A stretch of 64,000 bases of DNA from Mytilus galloprovincialis (Eukaryota): NCBI RefSeq assembly GCF_965363235.1, contig NC_134842.1, positions 20,093,521 to 20,157,520 of the forward strand, read 5' to 3'. Both the position numbers and the translations under genes were made by a program. The notes beneath the pieces were generated by a model. It had not been told where the DNA came from, did not search any database, and was given only the letters and a program-made list of their open reading frames with translations. Below, in pieces: positions 50,415 through 60,240 of this stretch; the first letter of the stretch is position 1, and each line of letters opens with the position of its first letter.

Positions 50415-50712
50415 AAAGTGGGGCGATTTAGTGTGGGGTGATTTGCCAGTGGGGCGATTTGATGTGGGGCTATTTGCCAGTGGGGCGATTTGATGTGGGG
50501 CTATTTGCCAGTGGGGTGATTTGATGTGGGGCTATTTGCCAGTGGGGCGATTTGATGTGGGGCTATTTGCCAGTGGGGTAATTTGATGTGGGGCTATTTG
50601 CCAGTGGGGCGATTTGATGTGGGGCTATTTGCCAGTGGGGTAATTTGATGTGGGGCTATTTGCCAGTGGGGCGATTTGATGTGGGGCTATTTGCCAGTGG
50701 GGCGATTTGTCC
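50415..50712. repeat. 31-bp G-run-rich minisatellite, about 10 copies (unit TGGGGCGATTTGATGTGGGGCTATTTGCCAG).
   Basis: Direct inspection. GGGG runs alternate every ~15-16 nt on the + strand. Confidence 0.85.
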
Positions 50713-50929
50713 TGCTTCCTTTTGAGACTAGTTTAACATAGTAGTCCCAGGTCACGGTGTTAAAGTGAAGTTAATGATAGGATGAAATATAGATAGCAGA
50801 CAGATTAACTCAAATAAGGATGTTTTGCTCCTCTCTTTCATAATAACATGCTTTTTTTGAGACTGTAATATAGTGATAGTAAAATAAGTAATGTAAATAA
50901 CAGAACTAACAAAAGTTACAAATCTGTCA

Positions 50930-51540
50930 TCCTTGTTTATAAGATATAAACCCATTGAACATTTGGCAGGAATTGATTCTCACTAAATTTTTCAAACATT
51001 TAACATTGGTACCTTTCTTTTTTCAAAAACTATAAAATAGAAACAAGATTTTTATAAGATTTGAGATATGGCTTTTTAAACTATATATATCAAATTTATG
51101 AAAAGAAAAGAAGGGATCTGTGAGTAATATTTGGGATGCTGTTAGTTTGAATAAGATAGATTCATGGCTGGTTAATGTCAAGTGGAAAATTAAATGCATA
51201 TTCAGGACAGGAACATGATGATGAGATATTAATTTAACCCCTCATGCAGAGCCAGATATTAACATGCTTGTACACAAGATAACAGTCTGCAGCAAGACAT
51301 ATCTCAATAACCAGACTTTTCTCTAACTCCTGAACGGCTCTTGTGTAGTGGAGAAGCAGTAAATACCTATGAACTCCTGCATTTGAGGAGATCTAGAGCC
51401 TGCTACCACTAGACCACCAAGGAGGTAGTATAACAATGAAAGTTAAGTTATACATTGTCATAAGGACAGCAGAATTTACCTCCATCTGGTTTACATATGT
51501 AATGTTTAGTTGTTCTTTAGCATGTCACCCATCAATAATA
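50930..51540 (+). repeat. Partial third copy of Rep-B (5' portion only).
   Basis: Matches 36350-36540 followed directly by 39590-40000, with no intervening insertion. Confidence 0.6.
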
Positions 51541-51606
51541 GATTACATTTGGTGGTAAATATGATTCTTATTTAATATGACTGTAATTAAGTTGGCATGT
51601 CATTAC

Positions 51607-51711
51607 CTTAAATTGCCTCAGGAACTGTTCTTTAGCTGGTCCCATAGTACTAGTTACTTTTTCTGGTAGGTTTGCTTCTAGCTTGTCCTCTTTGATGTCA
51701 ACTGACATTAC
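51607..51711 (-). CDS. Clathrin heavy-chain-like gene, exon 7 (the last exon identified; the gene may continue below 51607).
   Basis: Acceptor 'ctttaag|GTAATG', donor 'aag|GTAATG'. Encodes 'VMSVDIKEDKLEANLPEKVTSTMGPAKEQFLRQFK', compared with CLTC '[22 protein letters not shown]...NLAGAEELFARKFN'. Confidence 0.6.
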
Positions 51712-52439
51712 CTTAAAGTAACAAATCAAAAAATTACTTTACGAATGAAGGTACATCTTTTTCAACCAGACCAGATTGACTGATTCGATAGACAAAAAAT
51801 CATTCTTATACATGTAAAAACGATGATTAACATGTATTTTTAATCTATAATAGGAAATTAAATAGACCTAGAAAAATCCAATTGCCCCAGTCAGCTTAAA
51901 CTATTTATATCTATATTTATGTTTATATACCTTATATGGTCATTGGAGGTTTTCAGAGGTTGAATCAATAGTTAATTAGATGACGTCTAGACTAAAATAC
52001 ACAGGAAATGAAGCTACATATTATCGAGACCATACTCTGTAAATTGTTTATTTTTAGACTTTCAATAATTTGGATGAATGTTTTACATTGTTATAAATCA
52101 AACATGAGAATTTGAGTCAAATCAGTGAACATGAATTTGACAGCTAGTGCCCCTTTAACTTTCATTTGAGTATAAAAATTTGCAAACAGCATGGATGTGG
52201 ACAAAATCATTTCCCAGGATTTTCTAGTAATGAACAAAAAGTATTAAAGCCAGTAACCTCAATGAACAGCCCTGTAAAAGGTGTATTTATAAAATTCAAT
52301 TGTTTGACAAAATCTAATGTGTATGAATTGCTACTATTATATTTTTAATTCAACTTCTATTTTAGTCCATTTTTCTAGAAATATGTCACCTTTTTCTACT
52401 TTAATTCATATTTTGTTACACAGTGACATGCCTCCCCCA

Positions 52440-52740
52440 TTGAAATTGGGTTAAATAGTAACAAGAATGTGTTCCAGTACCTGCACTATCATTTTCTATG
52501 TTCAGTGGACTGTGAAAATGGGAAAAATCTCTAATTTGGCATTTAAATTAGAAAGATCATATCATAGGGAACATGTGTACTGAGTTTCAAGTTGATTGGA
52601 CTTCAACTTCATCAAAAACTACCTCGACCAAAAACTTTAACCTGAAGTGGGACAGACGGATGGACTAACGAACGGACGAACGAATAGACGGACGCACAGA
52701 CCAGAAAACAAAATGCCCATAAATGAGGCATAATAAATGG
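52440..52740 (+). mobile_element. (GACGGA)n-tailed SINE-like element.
   Basis: Same family as 47190-47400 and 57010-57300. Located in intron 6 of the clathrin-like gene. Confidence 0.6.
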
Positions 52741-53130
52741 GGCATAAAAAGAATATGATATATACAAGATATGTGTAGGCAAGGGCTAGTAGCACCATTG
52801 TAGTGTGTGGAAATGAAAACATTTGCCATCTTCAAAGTTATAAAGGAGCATAACTCTAGAAATGTAAGTGATTCACTGTCCACATTTGAGCTCTGTCTGT
52901 AAGTTTAGGTTGTTAGCATTGTGTATGAACTTATAAAATTTGAATGAGTAAAACTGAAGTAAGAGTGCGGAAAAGAAAATGGGAAGGAAAGAAAGACAGG
53001 CAAATGGTCAAGGGTGACACTTAATGCTCATTCCTATAGGGGAAGGGTCATACAAAAGTACTTTAGAAGTTAAAATGTTTTTGAATTACCTTTAGTTAGT
53101 ATAATATTTAATATGCCTTATATGACTCAC

Positions 53131-53298
53131 CCATCCAACCTGATTGACAGCCAGAAATCCTTCCCCCCGAGGAGCTGTAACAAACACTGTAGAATCACTT
53201 ATCCTCATTGTATAGAGAAGTCTCCCTGTTTCTATCATGTAAAGATGTACATAACCCATTTTTGTTATCAGGAAGGCCATCCTATGCTTTATGTTAAC
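53131..53298 (-). CDS. Clathrin heavy-chain-like gene, exon 6.
   Basis: Acceptor 'ttattattgtag|GTTAAC', donor 'tgg|GTGAGT'. Encodes 'VNIKHRMAFLITKMGYVHLYMIETGRLLYTMRISDSTVFVTAPRGEGFLAVNQVGW', compared with CLTC '[60 protein letters not shown]'. Confidence 0.7.
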
Positions 53299-53716
53299 CT
53301 ACAATAATAATTATAATTATGTTAATAATTGCAAACATAATAAAATATTTATAACCTATATAATATAAAATAAAACAAGAGACTCAAAGGAGATATCTGA
53401 TAATTTAGGTCCAAAAAGATTGTAGGTAAAGATATGTTGACATATTCATAAAATTTTTCCAATCAGATTTTCTCTATCTATTATATGTTTTTTTCCCATA
53501 ATTTTACAGTTAACAAATTCCAATTGATGGCAAAAACTCATCATTTAATTTTTGACCAGATGATCTCAAATGAAATAATTCTGCATATATTAAATGGTCA
53601 GTTTAATTGCCATACATATTTAGCAAGACATTTTGGCAGCACTCCTTTTTGGATTATTGGTGTCTCTTTCAATGGAAAACAGGACACGTTTCATCAAATA
53701 TATCAGATAGTTTTAC

Positions 53717-53824
53717 CTCTATTGCAATAGGAAAGTCATCTTTGTCTGTGAAATCAACATCAACAATTCTAGTTGTAAAAGGCTGGTTACCATGACAGGG
53801 TTGACCTACTTCTTGTATGTGAAG
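53717..53824 (-). CDS. Clathrin heavy-chain-like gene, exon 5.
   Basis: Acceptor 'ttatttccag|CTTCAC', donor 'gag|GTAAAA'. Encodes 'LHIQEVGQPCHGNQPFTTRIVDVDFTDKDDFPIAIE', compared with CLTC '[38 protein letters not shown]'. Confidence 0.7.
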
Positions 53825-54265
53825 CTGGAAATAAATTTGGAAAATGAAAAATCAGTACAAATCATTTAAAAAAATATATCTTATTTCTTTTCATGATATA
53901 TATCTGAGTTGTAATATAACAAGCATTGTGTTAAAGTTTCATAACATTTGGTTGTGGCAATCTTATGTTAGAGAACAGAAACAAAAAATAAGTAGTTTTT
54001 CCATTTGTAAACAGGCATAACTTTAGAGCGGTAATAGTGACACCACAAAAATTCAAACCTGATCTGTGTTTTGTGATAATGAGTATTGTGTTTAAGTGTC
54101 ATCACATTTGGTTGAGGCAAACATAAGTTTGAGAACAGAAACCAATTTCTGGATATACAAATGGACAAGGGTAAAACTGCATGCCCTCTCAGCTACGACG
54201 GGGGCATCAGAAATAAAAATATGCCTCATTTTATCAGCATGTTCACAAGGTTCTATCATATATAC

Positions 54266-54427
54266 CTTGCCACCATAGTCCTCCCGTACGGCATATAACA
54301 ATAGTATAGAGGGAGCTGGATTATTATCCACTGTCAGCTTAGTAAAGGTTGCTGTGTGACTGTCAAACAGTCGCTTGATGCAGCTCTGTACGGAGTACAG
54401 TTGTGTGAAACCAATCACTCTATCCTC
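54266..54427 (-). CDS. Clathrin heavy-chain-like gene, exon 4.
   Basis: Acceptor 'aattacag|GAGGAT', donor 'aag|GTATAT'. Encodes 'EDRVIGFTQLYSVQSCIKRLFDSHTATFTKLTVDNNPAPSILLLYAVREDYGGK', compared with CLTC '[55 protein letters not shown]' with identical length. Confidence 0.7.
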
Positions 54428-55206
54428 CTGTAATTATAAGGTAAATAATTATACATTGACCTTACATTTCTATAACATTTTTCGGCTAATTTTAAACTAC
54501 ATGAAACATACTGTGGATTCATTATTATTCGTTGGATAACAATTTTTGTGGGTTTTGTGGGTACAGGTGAACCATGAATTTTTTAAAATGTATAACTATA
54601 TCAAATTTTTTATAGGCTTTTGCAAAACCGTTAGATTAAATATTCACAAATATGTAACTTTTCCTTAATCCATGAAAATTGGTACCCACAAAACTATTTG
54701 AATCCATAGTATGTAAAGCAATAATCTTTTTTTTATATGAATATGTCATGACTGCCCTACAAACATTTTGATTTTATTAGATCTACCAAAATGAAAATAA
54801 GAAGATTTGGTATGATTGCAAAATAATTGTGAGTTTTTTTATTATACATGTAATGTGAATAATGCAACTGGATGAGTATTGCAATAATAACAACCTGCAT
54901 TCTGATATTTAATACATTATATCTGTATGTAGCTTCTCCAGAAATCTGATATTTAATACATTTTATCTGTCAGCAGCTTCTCCAGAAATCGCTATAATTA
55001 ATCTCACATTTTTGTTCATTCTTCAAATATTTCAATTGTAAATGCACTCAATAATTTCTGAATTTACAGTAGATAAATGATAAATTATTCAATTGTTTAT
55101 TCATTTTCCTCTATGAATATGTAACATGCATTCCCCCTGTAGCCTACATGGAAGCTTTATTTTTGTCAACACTTCATTTTTTGTTATATCTTCTTTACTT
55201 TATGAC

Positions 55207-55325
55207 CTGTTTCAATATCCATGTTAAGGCTGACCAGTGTCCATCAGGGTCCATCTTATATCCAACCACCTGACAGTTGTTCAACGTTCTATTATGGTCA
55301 TAAAGTTTCTGTGGTTCTCTGCCAT
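55207..55325 (-). CDS. Clathrin heavy-chain-like gene, exon 3.
   Basis: Acceptor 'tttttacag|ATGGC', donor 'aacag|GTCATA' (a weak donor). Encodes 'DGREPQKLYDHNRTLNNCQVVGYKMDPDGHWSALTWILKQ', compared with CLTC '[41 protein letters not shown]'. Confidence 0.65.
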
Positions 55326-55959
55326 CTGTAAAAACAGTGAAGGAATGTTATTCTTTTTTTCAAATTTTGAAGTACTAGGTGCTAAAATTTAAAGCCCGAC
55401 AGGAAGGAACAATTTTCTATATCTGTAATGTCTGCAGTGAGGAACTAAATAGTTTGATACAAATTATGTTATATATGTTAGAAATTTTCAACTTTTTAAT
55501 TATTGAATCACTGTTTACGTTGAACTGATAATAGATTGATAATACATTATTGATATTGGATAAATACAACATTACATGCAGTTTTGTGAGTAAAAACATG
55601 TATTTTCATCTTTCAGAAGATCAATGAGTGATGGATTTTTAAAGATACCATTGAATAAACTATACAGAAAACAATAGCTATTGTATTTATTCAATGGGAC
55701 AATAAAACTTACTAAAGTTTAACTAGATTGACCAATAGGAGATGGTTCTGTGGATAAGATTCATTTGGTTTGCAATAATAAGAATATGATGCAGGAACAG
55801 ACACATTATTTTCATTAGAATCTGGGATTTGGCGTTTATTGTTCTCAATGTTTTCAGGATAAGACCCCATATCTTACCCCTCTCATTTACATATTGAATA
55901 ATGTCTCTCTGTGCTTGCTAAATTAATGTCATAATAAACAAAATTTCATAACTGGCTAC

Positions 55960-56109
55960 CTGAATGATTATACAGACAAACTGATTTATCTGTCACCATG
56001 GCAACTGTATCAGCAGAAATCCAGGTCCAAAACTTGACATCTTCCTCCATCTGATAAGCCTTTATCTCTGAGTTGTTATGTAAATCATATACCAGTATAG
56101 TTTTGCCAC
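55960..56109 (-). CDS. Clathrin heavy-chain-like gene, exon 2.
   Basis: Acceptor 'tatatacag|GTGGC', donor 'tcag|GTAGCC'. Encodes '(C)GKTILVYDLHNNSEIKAYQMEEDVKFWTWISADTVAMVTDKSVCLYNHS', compared with CLTC '[48 protein letters not shown]'. Reading phase is continuous with exon 1. Confidence 0.7.
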
Positions 56110-56261
56110 CTGTATATAAAATTCATTGGTATAATATATATATAAATTTGATGAGAATTGGCATAAAACTCAACAAACAAGTGAAACTGCGAGCTACTGC
56201 TCACTGATGATACCCCCCCGCCACAAGTGGATAATATTAATAGTGTAAAAATATGGAAGTG

Positions 56262-56625
56262 TTCGGTAAACAGGAAGTTGTCGAGTGATGAATCTGAAAA
56301 CGCATCACACGGTATAGCTGACTTATATAAATCCTGAAACCAAATTTCAGAAATCCTTGTATTGTAGTTCCTGAGAAAAATGTGACGAAAATTTTCAACT
56401 TGGCTATCATGTGTAAAATCAGACAAGTGTTCGGTAAACAGGAAGTTGTCAAGTGATGAATCTGAAAACGCATCTCACGGTATGGCTGACATATATAAAT
56501 GTTGATACCAAATTACAGAAAGGGTGGATGTGTAGTTCCTGAGAAAAATGTGACGAAAGTTTCATGGGACGGACTGACTGACGGACGGACGGACTGACAG
56601 ACGGACGGACAGACAGAGGTAAAAC
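56262..56625 (+). mobile_element. Two tandem ~160-bp copies of a different (GGAC)n-tailed short repeat.
   Basis: 56262-56420 is approximately repeated at 56422-56625, which ends in 'ggacggactgactgacggacggacggactgacagacggacggacagacaga'. Confidence 0.55.
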
Positions 56626-56779
56626 AGTATACCCCCCCTTTTTTAAAGCGGGGGTATAATAAAAACTTAGTCAACTATAATAATTATAAATATAAGATAC
56701 ATGTACCAAAGAGGACATGGGATAATACAACTGATATCTACTGACAAGGGAATGAATAACATTGTGTGGCCACCTTAAA

Positions 56780-57000
56780 GCTTTAGTCTAAAGATCTTAA
56801 TGAGAAATACCATGGAATTGACATTCATCTTGGTATTTTTTCAATCTTTAAAGGAAACAGCAAAACTGATGGACTATGTTGTGTTTTGTGTACTGTTGTT
56901 TGTCTTTGGTTGTTTTTTTTCATTTTTTGCCATGGCATGATTAGTTTGTTTTTGGACATATGAGTTTGAATATCCCTTTGGTACCTTTCGCCTCTCTTAT
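56780..57000 (+). mobile_element. Fragment of the retroelement 3' UTR seen at 26040-26235.
   Basis: '...gtttgtctttggttgtttttttt cattttttgccatggcatgattagtttgtttttggacatatgagtttgaatatccctttggtacctttcgcctctctt' compares with 26100-26215. Confidence 0.5.
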
Positions 57001-57009
57001 ACAGTATCT

Positions 57010-57296
57010 AACAAGAATGTGTCCATAGTACATGGATGCCCCACTCACACTATCATTTTCTATGTTCAGTAGACTGTGAAATTTGGGTTAAAACTCTAAT
57101 TTGGTATTAAAATTAGAAAGATCATATCATAGGGAACATGTGTATTAAGTTTCAAGTTAATTGGACTTCAACTTCATCAAAAACTACCTTGACCATAAAC
57201 TATAACCTGAAGTGAGACAGACGGACGGACAAACGGACCCAGAGAACAGAAAACATAATGCCCCTCTACTGTCGTAGGTGGGGCATAAAAACTCAC
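57010..57296 (+). mobile_element. (GACGGA)n-tailed SINE-like element, located in intron 1 of the clathrin-like gene.
   Basis: Same family as the two entries above. The artefactual ORF tail 'GSVCPSVCLTSG' is read from it. Confidence 0.6.
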
Positions 57297-57495
57297 ATCT
57301 TACTGCTACAATATGTTGTTTTCTAGGATTGACAATACAGGAGTCTGCCTGTACTGGTATTCTGTATGGATGTTTGGGATTATCAATGTTAAATATGATC
57401 AGCTGGTTGTCTTCTCTGACACATATATATTTATCAGACTCCATTGTAACTGTATGGAATTTTATAGTATTACTGTCAATTCCTAAAGACTGAAG
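57297..57495 (-). CDS. Clathrin heavy-chain-like N-terminal domain gene, first recognisable coding exon (66 codons plus 1 nt).
   Basis: Acceptor 'ttttctttcag|CTTCAG'. Encodes 'LQSLGIDSNTIKFHTVTMESDKYICVREDNQLIIFNIDNPKHPYRIPVQADSCIVNPRKQHIVAVR', compared with human CLTC '[30 protein letters not shown]...[33 protein letters not shown]'. Donor t|GTGAGT. The exon carrying the initiator Met is not confidently located; a candidate ATG lies at ~57585-57595 (minus strand). Confidence 0.7.
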
Positions 57496-58714
57496 CTGAA
57501 AGAAAAGGAGATTGTCAGTGAAAAATAGAATTCTCAATGTAAAACATTGTTAATTTGTACTTAGATCAGATGTAGGCAAAAATATGGCCCAAGTACATCA
57601 TTTCCTTAAGATAATAAAAAGTTACATAATTTAAGCAGAACTATAATACAAAAGATTTAGAATTCAAACCTTCCCTAGGATATATACTTGGCGGCTCTTT
57701 TTTTCCTTTTTTTGTAGCTTATTATGAAATAATTTGTTGTTAATTCAGTGTTCTCCCCAGGCCCTTAAAGGACCACGGACCCGCGATGTATAATTTTCTA
57801 CCGTGGTGGTATCGTTCTTGCCGTGATGTATAATTTTTCACCGTGGTGCTAAAATTTTCGGTAAAAAAAACTCATATAACGGTAAACCTTTCCGTGGGGT
57901 ATAAAATTTCAGATGAAAATTGACCAGATCAAACCAGTTCAATCCAACTTAATTTTTTGCTTAATTTCAAATGATTCGTTTAAAATGTACTTTTACATCT
58001 GAAAACCAATAAGGAACTAGTTGTCAAATTGTTTTCTGTAATTTGAAGTCACTATCAGGCTTGTTTAAAACCTTCTCTGTCAAGCAGTATTTAATAAGCC
58101 ATATGCCACTTTTTGGCTTCTTGAAATGAAAAATTAAAAAGTATCATAAATCTACTAAATAACATGGAACAGATGTTTATAAAAAAATTGTTAGAACAGA
58201 TATCTGTATTAAAAGTTTTGATTTTTTTCTCATATATATACAGCTGTTTTTCATTTGTTAGATGTGTCTGAGTTTTAGATTTTGCCATTTAATAATTTTA
58301 AGGACAATCCATTTTGAATTTTCCTTGGAGTTCAGTACTTTTTGCATCAATACAGAAATAAGCGCAAAACTGAGAAAAAAAGTGTTATTTTGAGATATTG
58401 TCATTAAAATTAAAATTTGACCAAAGGCTTTACCTAAAATGATATTTTGCTACAAAATTCATTAAATAAACATGGCAATGTGTATAAAATATGTTTTTGG
58501 GTAGGAAAAATCAAAAAGCAACTGTGAGAATTTTAAAGACAGCTGTCTATTAATTGCTGAAGACTGTATATTGTCCTCTAAATGTCTTTGGCTTATATGT
58601 GTCATTATATTAGGTATACAGTCATATTGATTAATGCATATATGCTATATATATATAGTTTTTGTAACAGTACTTTCCTTTATTCTAAATTTTTAACTTT
58701 GATCTTACTTTATT

Positions 58715-60240
58715 GGTTATTGTCATGGTTTAACCATCCCCTGGTGTGCTAGCCATCAAGTGCATACAGGTTGACTGGTAACTTACATTGCTGACAATGG
58801 TCATGGTTTAAGCATCTCTTGGTGTGGTAGCTATAAGGTGTAGACAGCTTTGTTGGTAACTTACATTATAAGTAACAGTCATGGTTTAACCATCCCTTAT
58901 TGTACTAGCTATAAAGTGTGGACAGATTAACTGTTACATACTTTGCTGACAATGTTATTGTTGAATCATCACTTTGGTGGGCTAGCTATAAGGTGGATAC
59001 TGGTTAGCTGGTTACTTACGTTATTCACTATGGTCATGGTTTCACCATCCCTTATTGTGCTAGCTATAAGGTGGATACTGGTTAGCTGGTTACTTACGTT
59101 ATTCACTATGGTCATGGTTTCACCATCCCTTATTGTGCTAGCTATAAGGTGGATACTGGTTAGCTGGTTACTAACTTTATTCACTATGGTCATGGTTTCA
59201 CCATCCCTTATTGTGCTAGCTATAAGGTGGATACTGGTTAGTTGGTTGCTTACGTTATTGACTATGGTCATGGTTTAAGCATCCCTTATTGTGCTAGCTA
59301 TAAAGTGTGGACAGTTTGATTGGTTACTTTCTTTATTGACAATGGTCATGATTGTCATGGTTTAAGCATCCTTTATTGTGCTAGCTATAAAGTGTGGACA
59401 GTTTGATTGGTTACTTTCTTTATTGACAATGGTCATGATTGTCATGGTTTAAGCATCCTTTATTGTGCTAGCTATAAAGTGTGGACAGATTGATTGGTTA
59501 CTTTCTTTATTGACAATGGTCATGATTGTCATGGTTTAAGCATCCTTTATTGTGCTAGCTATAAAGTGTGGACAGTTTGATTGGTTACTTACTTTATTGA
59601 CAATGGTCATGATTGTCATGGTTTAAGCATCCTTTATTGTGCTAGCTATAAAGTGTGGACAGATTGATTGGTTACTTTCTTTATTGACAATGGTCATGAT
59701 TGTCATGGTTTAAGCATCCCTTATTGTGCTACCTATAAAGTGTGGACAGTTTGATTGGTTACTTTCTTTATTGACAATGGTCATGATTGTCATGGTTTAA
59801 GCATCCCTTATTGTGCTAGCTATAAAGTGTGGACAGTTTGATTGGTTACTTTCTTTATTGACAATGGTCATGATTGTCATGGTTTAAGCATCCCTTATTG
59901 TGCTAGCTATAAAGTGTGGACAGTTTGATTGGTTACTTTCTTTATTGACAATGGTCATGATTGTCATGGTTTAAGCATCCCTTATTGTGCTAGCTATAAA
60001 GTGTGGACAGTTTGATTGATTACTTACTTTATTGACAATGGTCATGATTGTCATGGTTTAAGCATCCTTTATTGTGCTAGCTATAAAGTGTGGACAGATT
60101 GATTGGTTACTTTCTTTATTGACAATGGTCATGATTGTCATGGTTTAAGCATCCTTTATTGTGCTAGCTATAAAGTGTGGACAGTTTGATTGGTTACTTA
60201 CTTTATTGACAATGGTCATGGTTTGTGCTAGCTATTGTAA
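58715..60240. repeat. Minisatellite with two sub-families: a ~78-bp unit (58965-59280) and an 87-bp unit (59280-60235, which contains the internal 9-bp duplication 'gtcatgatt').
   Basis: Direct inspection. ORFs 58943-59278 (+ and -) are artefacts of this repeat. Confidence 0.85.

Noticed and set aside
50296-50493. ORF in G-rich sequence ('...WGDLVWGDLPVGRFDVGLFASGAI').
   Set aside because: It is a translation of the 31-bp minisatellite.
54092-54418. The full track ORF 54092-54418(-), taken as one coding unit.
   Set aside because: Only 54266-54427 matches clathrin. The remainder ('VYMIEPCEHADK...') is intron read-through after the GTATAT donor.
57184-57537. Treating the track ORF 57184-57537 'MRILFF...' as a single-exon gene that starts at this M.
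   Set aside because: The 'M' is a TTG called as a start by the ORF tool, and an in-frame TAA sits immediately upstream. The real exon begins at the splice acceptor at 57495, and the ORF's 3' part runs into an intronic SINE.
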